NCBI GenBank assembly: GCA_026025075.1 | Contig: JAPEUI010000023.1 | Location: forward strand, 62,001-126,000 | Source: Vezdaea acicularis | Taxonomy: Eukaryota | Direction: 5' to 3' | Length of the DNA: 64,000 bases | Shown: positions 11,299 through 23,818 of the stretch, one piece after another | How positions within the stretch are numbered: the first letter of the stretch is position 1 | Layout: each line of letters opens with the position of its first letter | The notes under the pieces: generated by a model | The model's database searches: none | What the model saw: only the letters and a program-made list of their open reading frames with translations | Told to the model about the DNA's origin: nothing | Position numbers and translations under genes: made by a program

Positions 11299-12880
11299 TC
11301 ACCCCTCCCAAACCCTCTCCTCAATCTCAAACCCCACCCCCCGCGCCAACTCCCTCACAAACTCCCACCCGACATTAACCCTCCACCTCCCCTCCCCACT
11401 CAGTACCCCGCCACCCCCTTCTCCGCCGCCCACCGCCGACGTCCTCACCACCAACCGCAAACTCCCCAACGTCGCCATCTGCATCAGCAGATCCGCCGTC
11501 GCGCCGCCCTTCGCGCCATTCTCGCGCGGGAGAATAGCCGCATAGATAGCGAGCCAGCGCTCGAGCCCGAAGGGGGAGGGGGGTAGGTGCGTGCGCTGGA
11601 TCTGTTTGTGCTTGGTGGCTGCTGGTTTCGCGAGGCGGTGTTTGGCGGCGCCGCGGCCCCTTTTGGAGGCGGGGGCGAGGGAGGAGAAGTGTAGAAGGTC
11701 CTTGCGGGGGGGGTTGTGCGAGGCGAGGTAGGCGGCGCAGAGGAGGTATTTGGTGTGCGTGGGCAGGTCGTGTTTTGCTTCTCTTTGGCGGGTTGTGGTG
11801 GTGGTGTGGATGGGGTTCTCTGGTTTGGTGGGGATGGTGTGGTGGGTTAGGGAGGGGTGAGGCACGATTCGGTCGACGAGGACGGATTCGTTTTGGAAGA
11901 GGTGGCGCTGCGTGATGAGGAGTTTGCTGAAGTCGCGGGTGCCGTATTCGCCGGCGACGATGGGGGAGACGAAGGAGGGCCAGAGGGCGGCGGCGGTGGA
12001 GCGGAAGGAGAGGAGGGAGCGCGACGCTGGGTGGGAGAGGCTGTCGTAGATTAGGGAGAGGTAGCGCGTCCAGACGAAGAGGTCGTCGTCGTTGGTTTGG
12101 TGGATCCGGGGGGGGGCTACTGCTTGGGAGGAGGGGCTGGGCGAGGGACTGCGGGAGCGCGGGAAGATCGGGAGGGGCGTTAGGGAGAGGATGTGGAGCG
12201 CTTCGGCGCGGGTGTAGGCGGGGAAGTGGATGTGAGGGACGCCGGTCGTGTGAAGGGCGGTAGGGTCTGGGTGCGTTACTATCAGGATCGTTGTTATGGC
12301 GGGGATCTGGGGCAACTGTCAGCGTTCTCTGCTCTGGAGGGAATGATGGGAGGGCAGCCATACTATCTCTCCGAGCCTGGCCAGCGCGGCGAGCAGCGTC
12401 GGAGGTGCTTCGCGCTGCTTGTCGATCCCGTCAAAGAGGAGTATGAATTTTTGTCGTCTTGACAGTAGCCGCTGTAGATGCTCTACCAGCGCAGCCATAT
12501 TCTCACATCTGCCATACGTTGCATCGCTCTTGTCCTTGTTCCCCTCTAGCTCCTCAAGCGCGTCTTCCACGCCAGCCACCGTTTTCTCGAGGAGGTGACG
12601 CGCCGTGATACATTCCTGGCTTTTGATGATCGCATAGGGAACACCGAGCTGGGCGAGGAGGTACGAAGAAACTGCCGTCTTGCCGGTAGCTTCTGTGCCG
12701 TGGACGACGAGAGTCCGGGGACTAGGAAGAGAGGGCTTTGCGGGTTAGCTATACGCGCGGGGCATGTGAGATGAAGACACGTACTAGAAGCAGGGAGGCC
12801 AATTGACGCGTTTGAAGCCGGCGGCAGGGATAGCGGGTATTGATAAGCTCGAGGAGCTCTGGAGGAAGGAGAGGGGCCAT
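11299..12880 (-). CDS. ORC5: Origin recognition complex subunit 5 (introns 12736-12784 and 12307-12423)
   Basis: N-terminal YPCR..Q and Walker A HGTEATGKT. Also LLFDGID, HFPAYT, KYLLCAAYLASHNP and PFGLERWLAIY, typical of the ORC5 C-terminal domain. Confidence 0.93.
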
Positions 12881-13559
12881 GATGAGCGGTGGGGGATAGG
12901 ACCAGAGCCTCGAAGCGCGGGGAGAATATTTGAGTTCAGGTCTCGCGTCAATCTTCCGCTTGAGCTATCCGCCAGTCTTGGCGTCCGCTCTTGTTCAGAT
13001 TCAATTTATTTTGATCAAGTCTACAAAAGGTCGGTCACTATACGTAGAGTCTCATATCTCTTAAGGCTAGATTTGATGGGCCCGGCTTGACTTCACGGCT
13101 CCCTCCAACTGAAGGCTATTAGAACACAATAGCAACACTTGATATTCGGTACAGGGGATGATCTGTAGATTGGACGAGCTCGCATAAGTTGGAGACATGT
13201 CATTGCATTTTCCGGCAACGTAATACATACGTGCTTGTCATTCTCTGATCTATACAAGCCGTCCACACAGTCACTGCTTATTAAAATAGAGTATAAGGGG
13301 TGTCAGGCTAATCCATGGATTCTACCGGCCCATACTACTCGGCATAGCGCTCATCGTACCAGTAGAAGACCTTTCAAAGCCTGGTCTTTACCGGAGCGAC
13401 AAAGATGTCTGAGGTCTAAGGGCAGGGAGTCGGTTGGTGAGGACAACGACTTCTAACGCCCCCGACAAGCCTTCAGACTAAAAGGTCTAATCACATTGGG
13501 TAAGCTATCCATAATAGTGAGAGCACCGAAGAACTGAATACAGAGAGAGCCGAGGTATC

Positions 13560-14453
13560 TTACCCCTCTTGATCAACCGCCCACTCTCTCTTCTTAATGA
13601 GATAACGCCCGTCATCTCCTCGACCGGTCGAATGCGCTTTAGAAACCTTATGAAAGACCATGAAGAACCTTGATATATCCATATCAACTCTGACATGCCA
13701 GTCGCCAGGAAATTTACTGCGTTGCTGCGGAAGAAATCCAACCAGCTCCAAGTCTGGCGTGATACCTCGGGCCTTGCTACGTTGTAGGATATCCACGATC
13801 ACGCGTTCGACCTCCTCAGTCATCCGCGGCCAGCCTTCCGCATCATCCCAATCCCTCTCACAATCTTGATGAAAAGACGTATGGCGTGATACGATTTGCA
13901 TTAGCTTGATCCCTGAAAGACCACTTGCCGCGAGCACGGATGCCCAAATACTCGAATATTTCTCGTGGACCGAGGCCCAGAACGGAGAGGCAAGACGATA
14001 GCAAGGTAGCAGAAGAGATAGAGACTGAATGCGAGCTTTGTTTGTCTCGCCAATGCGTGCGAGGAAGTGCAACATGTAGGTTGGGAAAGAAAAATGAAAT
14101 GTATTCTGTGAATAGAGAATCCGGTTGGCTTCACTGTATACCTGCCTACTTGCAAGACAGATGTTTGCTGCATAAGGTCTCCATTTATTGGGACCAGGTC
14201 TAGGGTCTGAGACCCAGGAATCGAAGCAGACCATATGTTGGTGAATCATATCTCGAAGCTCCCGTGGAAGCTGGAGAAACTGTGGGAAAAGGTAAGCTTT
14301 GTCGGGTTCACTGGTTTGCATTTGTGTAGCGTTTTGAGAGCTTCGAGGATCATTCGAAGACTTTGATGCACCTCGATCATTTCCATTTTGTCCGCCCGGC
14401 GGCATAGGTACATGCCGACCATTGAGCCATGATTGCTCAGCCGGAACATTCAT
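13560..14453 (-). CDS. Hypothetical protein with an F-box-like (FLxLPxELR) motif
   Basis: FPQFLQLPRELRDMIH followed by ICLASRQVYSEANRILYSQNTFHF, a pattern common in expanded fungal F-box-like/2EXR-type families. The start is inferred. Confidence 0.7.
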   Translation of the reverse strand: MNVPAEQSWLNGRHVPMPPGGQNGNDRGASKSSNDPRSSQNATQMQTSEPDKAYLFPQFLQLPRELRDMIHQHMVCFDSWVSDPRPGPNKWRPYAANICLASRQVYSEANRILYSQNTFHFSFPTYMLHFLARIGETNKARIQSLSLLLPCYRLASPFWASVHEKYSSIWASVLAASGLSGIKLMQIVSRHTSFHQDCERDWDDAEGWPRMTEEVERVIVDILQRSKARGITPDLELVGFLPQQRSKFPGDWHVRVDMDISRFFMVFHKVSKAHSTGRGDDGRYLIKKREWAVDQEG

Positions 14454-14933
14454 GGCTATGAATGAACTTTCCGTCCGCAGGCTTTGCAGGCTGGCATGGC
14501 ATGGGCGAGCTCGAAACGGGTGAATGCTCGGCGCGCCCCAACGAAGCATAGAATTTCAGGGTCTTGTTTACGCCTAAAATTATTGGTTGGGTAGGCTGAT
14601 TGCCCCCCATCCAATGCGCGTTCTTGATTGGCCCTTCACTTTTTCGAGACCGCTCCCCTGGCGCATCGTTTCCAGAAACTCTGCTTTGCTAACAGCTCCA
14701 TAAATATTATCTCAGCCCTTGCTTGGGCTTTTCATCTGCTCTCCACTCTAGACCGCCCATCGCCTGCGATTCTCCTCAAAGTTTGAACCTTAGTAAAGAC
14801 ACATTTCCTAGAAAAAAGGCAAAATTCCGATAGAGCAAGGAGCCACCCCAACGACTGACAATCTACGTTCAGACGATCGTCACTGAGCTCTAAACTCCCT
14901 TGGTCAGGGCCCATCTTTCGGAAACTTACTGCG

Positions 14934-16350
14934 ATGACGTCCCTCACAGGCGTAGCGCCTGCAAAGGTGGAAAAGAAACCTGTCAAGTTCAGCAACTTGC
15001 TCCGTAAGTATCAAATGCCCTCGAGCTAGGGCGACGAATCTAACACCGCATCAATGAAGTCGGCGCTGGTTTGAACATGTTTGAGTAAGCGCCGCTGCAA
15101 CCTAAATGACTCTACTTCGAAGCTGACGATCAAAGGGTGACGACGCTAGGTCAGGTAAATGGCTTATAATCTACTGTGAGCTGAGGAGTTGCTGATAAGC
15201 TCGAAATCGACAATAGCCCCTCGAAGTCGTCAAGGTGAGCTACGCCGCACACCTGAAATCTGGGCCAAGCTGATAAGTCCCACAGACAACAATGGCTGCA
15301 AATAGGAAAGACTCCTTTGCTGGGGCCTTGAGGAGAGTCTGGGGCCGTGGGGGCGTTCTTGGATGTTAGTTTTCACTGATTCGTGGTATTGCCGGTATAT
15401 TGCTAATACTCTTCGGCCCTACAGACTATCAAGGTCTCATTCCCTGGGTAAGTAACCTTATACAGCTATAATTGCCGGTTCACAAACTACACAATCATGG
15501 CGACCCAAGTCTAACGTATCGAATCTTCTCAGGCCTGGATCGAAGCATCAACAAAGGGTGCAGTCTTGCTTTTCGTTGCGTCAGAAGCTGAGTAAGTTAT
15601 CATTTACTTGATCTCTCACCCTTTTTCTGACGCTTCTAGATACTATGCCAAGTCCGCCGGCGCGTCCGACTTTATTGGTGGCATATCTGGCGGTATTGCC
15701 GGCGGCGTTGCCCAAGCCTACGCAACAATGGGTTTCTGCACATGTATGAAGACAGTCGAAATCACACGCCACAAGCAAGCAGCCGCTGGAATCAAGCCTC
15801 CCGGCTCCATCGCGACCTTCATGGACATCTACCGCCGGGAAGGCATCCGGGGTATAAACCGAGGCGTCAACGCCGTCGCCATTCGGCAGATGACGAACTG
15901 GGGCTCGCGCTTTGGGCTCTCGCGGCTGGCAGAGCAATCGATCCGCAACCTTACCGGAAAGGAAGAGGGCCAGAAGCTTAGCGCTATGGAGAAGATCCTG
16001 GCTAGCGGTATCGGTGGTGGATTGAGCGCATGGAATCAGCCGATCGAGGTTATTCGCGTCGAGATGCAGAGTAAGACGGAGGACCCGAACCGGCCGAAGA
16101 ACCTGACAGTTGGCAAGACGTTGAAGTATGTCTACAGCCAGGCGGGACTGAAGGGTTTGTATAGAGGTGTCACGCCTAGGATTGGGCTTGGGGTTTGGCA
16201 GACAATCTGTATGGTTGGGCTGGGCGATATGTGAGTCTCATTACTGCAACCATCATACCATCTGAGGAAGCTTTACTAATGTCTCGCGTTTACAGTGCTA
16301 AGGAAGCCGTCGAGAAGCTGACGGGCGACAAGGTTACGGCTAAGCATTAA
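14934..16350 (+). CDS. YHM2: Mitochondrial citrate/oxoglutarate carrier. 9 exons: 14934-15003, 15060-15084, 15136-15154, 15217-15234, 15286-15364, 15425-15447, 15533-15591, 15640-16230, 16296-16350
   Basis: Spliced sequence [38 protein letters not shown]...[22 protein letters not shown]...WNQPIEVIRVEMQ matches the Yhm2 family and carries PxExxK/R carrier signatures. Confidence 0.95.
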
Positions 16351-17911
16351 TGGCGTTATCGGCTATGTTCCTATTAGTCCCATATGGATGTGGTTACAGG
16401 CCCCTAGAACCGTCTTTTTGGCTTTATGAGGGCTGGGGGACGGTTAGATCGCCCTCTTGTCTACTATCACAATTGTATTAGGTCCCAACAGGATCAGAAG
16501 TAACAATAAGTTTTGAAAGGTCTCATGATTTGCCCTACTGCAGCAATAGCTACATCGTCTTTCAGCTGTCGCATTCCTGTAGTGGCAGCATGAAATACAA
16601 CTATATCACGCAGGATAATGAAGAGGATACGGAGTCCTGTCCTCCACCCCTTATATGTGCATGCAATTACCACTACAGCCCCGGTCACTTATGATCCATG
16701 AAGAACTCCATGACAAAGGTCATGGCTTAGGTCTTTTCACTTGCGACTATTGCGGCCGCGGCAACACTCGCTACGGCGATGGGCGTCACGCTCATATGAT
16801 TCACTCCTCCGGTCATTCTTTATGAGAACAGTCGTGGCGATGACCATCACTAGAGCAAAAGTCGCGACCGCGATCTCGTTGGTGGAAATATATCCATTGT
16901 CTAAATTTAATCTAATGCGCCATGCTTGCTCGCTGAATAGGGGAATGTTCATGAGAGAAGCCTGGAAAATGCTTTTTTTGGTGCCGTATGCGGTACCTCG
17001 ATGGAGCTGTTTGTATTGTCCAAAGCAGCTTACAAAGAAGATGCATACAAAGAGTCCGTTACCAAAAGGTATGGGACTGTACCCGGCGAATATGATATCA
17101 AGTGAGAAAGGGGCTTGTGAGCGAATACACACGATGATGATGAAAGGCAGGGGTTAAGGGAGAAGGGGAAGGGATAGGGTAAAGTTGGAGGAATCATAAG
17201 AAAAGGAAAAATGTGTTGGCAGCGTGTGATCGCTATGGTGAAGGAAGATAGAAAGATAAGCAATGAAAAGGGAAGCAAGTGCAGGTCCCTGAATCTAGTA
17301 GTAGCCGCGGCTACAGACGTTATCCTTTAGACTTTAATATGGAATGTGCTTCGTGAGCAATTACGCTTGTAGGTTTCTTAAAAATCATGCCGTTAGAGTC
17401 TCCGTAATTACTGACGAGCAGCGCCACTCTGCAGACGCTGTGCCACAGCGGCAAAGGAATAAGTCGTAAAGTCGGCAATGAGTTATCGCACTGCACGAGA
17501 AGGTGCAGAGGATGTGAAGATGCAGAAAGACGAAGATGCTCAATCGTATAAATACGTCGATAGTCATTGCAGAGCTTCCACAGTACAGGTATATATGCAT
17601 AATGCACAATGATCAAGCCCTCTATCATGAGGAGCAAGATCTATCCAGATGCGAAACGATCGAGCGGAATAGCTTGTTTTGAGTCACGCCGCTGAGAGGC
17701 TGTTATGATATGCTGCGGTATATTCGGAGCATTAAACGCCAGCCGTAGTATACATTCTTCATGAATACCCTTTCCATCATTTACAGAGGCATCGTTAGAT
17801 TTGCCAAATGCTGTCTATCAAATCTGCAAGCAAAACTTGCGCCGTGCTTATCGTTACACAGGAAAAGGGGTCGTTAAGTCGTTCAGTAGTGTATCATGAT
17901 ATTATGCCCGA

Positions 17912-20900
17912 TCAAAAGAATTGAGCACTACCAGCTCCAGCACCGGAATCTCCATGAGGTGGCGTAATAGAGGACATGCCGTGGTTAAAGAATGGTGGGT
18001 ACATTTGAGGGTTCATCTGTGGGGTAGGAGCCTGCATGGATAAATCAGGGCCCTGATTAAACCCATTGTATACGGCGTTGGCTGGAATACCGTTATTTAC
18101 CATGCCGTTAGGGAATAATGGATCAGGAGGAATGTTTGCTGTAGGAGCCATGTTTCGAGGGCCATTGTAGATATTTGCTGCTGGAGCTGTAGGTCGGTTT
18201 GGTCCAATATGGGGTGAGGCAACGGAGCTGTTTGAGCCAGAACCTCCACTTCTCCAATTCGGTCCATTAACACCAGAGTTACGCCGAGATTGCGTTGCAG
18301 ACGAGGATGGCCGTGAAGAACGACGGGATATTGGACGGGATGAGGGCCGTGACTGACGGCGGGAGTTCGACACTAGATCCGCTGGGGTGATGTTACCTGA
18401 TGGATGGCTGGTGCTGGCAGCCAAGCTTGCTGGCGTGATATTACCCGACTGTAAGGCTGATGTAGATATGCCATTCAGAGCATTTAAAATGGCTTGATCT
18501 CTAGCCGCAATCTTTGCTTGTATGCGCCGGCCATGTGGCGTCCCCTTTACAGATACCAGAGCTGCTCGAACCCGCTCAACAATGATAGGCTCTAAGTCTT
18601 CGGGAGCTTTCTCCATCTGGCGAATTGCTAGTTAGCACTAAGAAATGGCTTTAGTGAAACCGCGAGATACTTACAGCTGTTTGAACAACATAATTGCCAA
18701 ACTGGTCTTTTACCAATCTCTCAATCTCAAGTGGACGAAGCATCTCTTCAAGCAGCCAACGTCGAATATGTGGAGCAGACACACGGAGACTCTGATAGAC
18801 CAATTAGCTAAGAGTTTTCATGCCATGAGAGTAGAGCTACATACTTTCTCAATTACATTAGAGCTGAACTTGGATTTCGAGAGGGCTATGACGCTGCCTC
18901 TAAACGTGTTCATCATTCGCTCAGACAGTGCTGGCTCATCCACGTCAACTGCGATTGTGAATTAGTCATAGAGTTAGATGAGGTGGATCAAAGGGAGCTC
19001 ACGAATGTACTGAGTAACATAGTTACCGAATGGATCCCTGTTTAATGCGAATGAGTGTGTGGAGACTGCTTCCACAATCTGCGATTTTTGTCTGAGAGTT
19101 GAGTGGTCCAAACACCGTTGAATTACACAGCACCCGTGTCTGTGGGTGCCAATTACAAGTATATTCATCGACACACTATCGAATATCCACTTTGGAATGT
19201 TAGCGAATGCTTAGGTGGGTTGGAAAGACTCATGCTACCTGCGTGTCTTCCGACTTCAAATGGTTCAGGCACTTTTGGATGACGTGATTTCCATTAAGAT
19301 CTTGAATCATGACTACGACCTTTGATTTGAGGGTATCGATTAATATGTTAATCTACAAGTATCTAATCAGCATCAATGACATAGTTTTGGGGGGAACGAG
19401 AGCTACCTGTTGTCTCGTGGATAGACACTCAATCATCTTCTGTAATGCTCTGGTGCCATGCTGATTTAAAGCAATGGTAAGCAGCTCTGGTGCTGACTTC
19501 TCGATGAGATGAGTCTTTTGCTCATTATTGGAGCACTCAAAGAGTTTTTGACAAAGATAATTGCCAAACGGATCTTTCATCGTCAGTACGGGAAATCAAA
19601 AGCTTTGAGTAAGGTGCGCACCCATCATCAAATCAATCATGTTGGGGGCAATCTCGTTGAAAATCATATTGAAATCCTCAGGGTTCCGTTCATCGAGCTT
19701 CTTCTGGAGATAGCGACAACCATGTTGATCTTTCGTTACGTGAAGCATTTGACCCGACAGTTGGCTGAGTTGAACATTCGCATACCGTTGAGCTGTGAAT
19801 GTCAGTAAAATTTTTTAAATGAAATAGAAAGAGTTAAGGCTTTACCGTCTGTGACATCTCCTTGACGCCTTTGCCACATGACCTGAGTTTGGCTATCACG
19901 TAGTCTCCCTGGACCGTTCATTTGTTGAACCCCGCTGTAGACGTTATATCCATTTGGAAACTGTGCTGGTTGCTGCCCAAATGCGTTCCCATTGTAATTT
20001 CCATACATGTTTACGTACGGGAGGAATTGTGAGTTAACCGGGATGCCCATCTGACTATTAGCATGAGGGTTGAAACTTCCAATAGCAGTAGAATTGATGT
20101 GTCGATTCTGATGCGGCTGTATCCAAGGCTGCTGTCTTGCTCCTATATTTGGCGGGTTCACGTGTGTTGGTGTAGTTGTATGGAACACCGAGGGCGCACC
20201 GTCTAAGTTTACTCCAAACCCAGAGCCATTGACCGGCCCAAACGGTGCTGCGTTTGGCTTGAGGCCAGACCGATTTTCTTGTGTCATGCTGGCTCGGCCT
20301 TCAAGACTATTATGAACTGCACTCTCCGTTGCAAAATCCATAAAATCTTGACTTCGTCGATTGCCCGATTTGGGGGAGACAAGATTGAGGTTGACATTTT
20401 TATTCTCTCCTCCTTGGGCACCGTCAAACCCGTTTGAGACAGTCTGCCCATAATCGGCGGCGATAGATGGCTCGCGACTATGTCTTGCTTCAAATGCCTT
20501 GGCTGGTATACGCCCTAAGTTGGCGTTATGGTTTATGAAGGATGACCTAGAAGACGCTGGTTGGTATGTATTCCGGTTATTAATATTTTTAACGGTTTGC
20601 AATGTGGGAAGGTCATTTGTGGAATAAGATGGTTGTAGCTTTGGTGGGCCGCTTGCAGCTACATCATTGCCTGAAGAATTGTTTGTACTGTCCGGAAGAA
20701 ATGCGGCTTTCAAAGTTTCCGGGTATGAAGTCAACTTTGTATCAAGAGAGTATCTATTGGCCGCGCGCGACTCTCTAGGAGCCATGGGCCCTGGCAAATC
20801 TGCTTTTGAGGTGAACACGTTTGTGCCTGAGATACTCTGGCTTTGTTTGAAATGACCGGTTGGACGTCCCTTTGGTGGGCCTCTGGATTGGGAATCAAGA

Positions 20901-22951
20901 GCAGGCAACCAACTCCCTTCAAGGTCTGACGGACTGTCTGTACCAATAGTCGCCGATGACGCAGAAAGCTGGGAAAATTGATCAGCGATGTCTTCAAGCA
21001 AAATCGGAAAATGAAAATCGGCATACTTGACCCCCAAATCCATTTCGCTTTAGTAGAACTGGGAATTTGTCGTCGGTTTCATGCAATTGAAGGTAGCTCT
21101 TTATGTCAGAAGCCGTTGCCGAGGCTCTAGATCTCTTTGAGGTGGGTTTTTCGGACGCCTCTTCGTCCCCAAATAAGAAACCGGTGGTGTTAATCTGCCC
21201 TAAGGAAAGCATACTATCAAGCGCTGGCATGGTACGGTTACCATAATATTTTGCTCCGGTTGCTGGCATTGAATTTCTGTTCAGACTGCAAGCTGTTAGC
21301 CTCACAATGTCGAGATCAAGTCATAAAAGGGGCTTGCAGAGATTCGCGAAAACGTGAAAGGGAAAAACGGCACAAAGGTATTGCCGATGGAGAGTGACAA
21401 AGGATAATCAAGAATGAGGGGAGGATAAGGAGGACACGGGACAATAAGGAAATAAACTAACGCTGCTGCCGACCGATGGTTCACTTGATCATCGACTTGG
21501 ATCTGGCGACCATCGAATTCCTCGTCAGAATTTCGCCTCGAGGTAGGGAACGATTGAGAAGGATAGTCATTTGGTGTGGAGGATTGAAGGCCTGTCGGAC
21601 CTACAAACGGCTCCATCAGGCCGGATGGTGGTGATGCAAGGTTAGAGCCAGCTCTAGAGGTTCTTGAACTCCCAATGTAGGAATTGGAAGCCATGTAAGA
21701 TGTTGAATGACGATTAGCGCGACCAGATGAAACCTTAGGTGAAAAATTTGTGTTGAACGTTCGATATTCCGGCGGGGTAGTTGGTTCACTCTGGGGATGT
21801 GAACCCAGATCCATTTGCTCGATGCCCGCAGCTAATTCTAGTTCTCGTTTCTTTTCCTGTGCAAGATGCTGTTGGTTTTGCAAGTATTCTATAGCTCTCC
21901 CATATCTCTCCAGATCGTTGTCTATGTGGGAGTAGTTAAGTTTTGTCTGTTGGAGCTGTTGTCAAAAATAAGCGAGGTCAACGAGCGTTCACCACGAGAG
22001 TTCAAGCGAAATGTCAAAACTCACATCAAACGCTCTATGAGTAGTCTGTTTGTAGCACAAATGTTAGTAAGCGGTTTGAAAATTGTATTTTGTTTCGGAG
22101 ACCCAACAAGAAACTTCAGGTTCGATCAATATGCTTGAAAGAAATATAAGATCCCCAAGAAGAGTATTGCAAAAGCGGAGGAAGAAGACATGGGAGATGA
22201 ATCATAAATAGAGGTCGGTTGCAAGTAAGCGAGAAAAGTGAATTTTCAACCTTCAGAATGCCAGAAATACAGTCTTCCACAAAAAGAGCGCACTTGGAGT
22301 TGAACCTTTCAGGAAGCCAATGTCCCTACATTCGAAAATTGGAGGGCCGATTGCTTAGAAAGCTTGGCTATGGCCAATGAAAGCAAATAATAGGTTGGGT
22401 GAGTGAATGGGGGGGAAAAGTGCTTTTTGCTTCAGGAAGACAGACAGCAAAAGAGGTAATGGCAATAGTAGAAAGTTTTACAAGTTACAGGACTTGTAAA
22501 AGCATTGCACTGTAGTATATGGCAAAGATGAGCGATACAAGCTATGCTTTGATCTCTCCTAGGCACCAGACATTGCAAAAACGGGTTGGAAGATCATTGG
22601 GAAATTCACTTGTACAAAGGAGCCCCTACTGCAATTGTCCAACAGTAGAGATGTAAACGGAAAAACGCTCACCGTATTATCAAGTATGGACGGCAAATCG
22701 CTCCCTTCCGTGAGACGACGCGGATAGGGTCTTGGACGTGGCTGGAATTGATTTTGCGTAGAGATCTGAGAGGGGACTTGAAACCGGCTTGAAGGTTGAT
22801 TCTGTGCTAATGCTTGTGTTGGGAGTTGTGCCGAGGATATACTACCTCCCCAGAAAGCAAGAGGGCGTTCGTCAAGGGAGGTCCGGGAGGTAGAGAAATG
22901 GGAGTGGTCTTCGGACCGATCGCCTCCGCTGAGGCCATTGGGAAAAGCCAT
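17912..22951 (-). CDS. Pumilio/PUF RNA-binding protein, Puf4/Puf5 (Mpt5) type, multi-exon
   Basis: PUF repeats KDQHGCRYLQK, DPFGNYLCQK, NQHGTRALQK, DLNGNHVIQK, HRHGCCVIQR, DPFGNYVTQY, KFSSNVIEK and QFGNYVVQTA. The N-terminal region has SEPTTPPEY and DDKFPVL. A 21-nt microexon lies near 22025-22045. Confidence 0.9.
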
Positions 22952-23818
22952 TATGAAGTCTGGTATGGGCAGAAAGTTAACACCTTTGGTTACACGGATT
23001 TCGTGCGACATGCACGTCAGAGGGCCAGAGCAGGCTACAATAAATTTCCGTGCAATTGAACGCGGGGGTGGGGTGGGATGACAACGAGCCCAACGGGAAA
23101 TAATATCTGCGAGAAGCACTCACAGGAATGGGTCGAAGCTTCTGGTAATGCTCGAGGGATTAATTATGTTACGGGTGCGCCTCGTCGAGTGTCATAGATA
23201 GTATAGGCCCGCGATGGGCATCGAGCGTCGCTGCAGCGACTCCAATTGGGAGGGGATGCAAAAGCGAATGTGGGCGAGCTGCTCTGCAATGTTCGGATAT
23301 TTGCAAAGCTTCGACGACTTCTCGGAAGTTCGAAGGAGCGTGGAGCCAAAGAAATAGTTGTATGTCAGGTCGAAGGAAAAATAGGCGGAATTGGAGATCG
23401 TCGAAGTGTTGAGAGGTGTAGAAGTGGAGGTGCGGAGGAGGAGAGGAGGGAGGCAGGTGGTCGGTGAGCGAGCAGGCCCAAGGCTCGCTTCGCCGAAACC
23501 GGGGTGGGTGCGGCCAGAGCCGTCAAAAACGTTCAACCGCGCACCCCCCCCCGGACTGGAAGCCCATACACTGACAGGCACGTCGTTCGTTTTTACCCAG
23601 GCACCGCTTTCTGCTTTTACCGTCCTTGGCCGCATGAATTCAAGCAGCTTCACACGAAGTTGAAACGCACATCTGCGCCTATTGCAGGTCCTGCGTGCAG
23701 AAGTGGGACAGTCACAAAATTATACGAGCATTCACTACGCCACACGCCCGGCGCAGACGCCGTGGAGAAGTTGTTGCTGTCGTCCCCAAGCAATTGCGTC
23801 GAGGGATAATCGCGATCG

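Noticed and set aside
16737..17637. ORFs of 80-138 aa between YHM2 and the Puf gene
   Set aside because: No family motifs. More likely the long Puf 3'UTR.
20994..21043. Apparent frameshifts between consecutive ORFs in the Puf gene (also MAK10 and GLT1)
   Set aside because: Those I checked are explained by canonical GT-AG introns that restore the frame. Not pseudogenes or programmed frameshifts.
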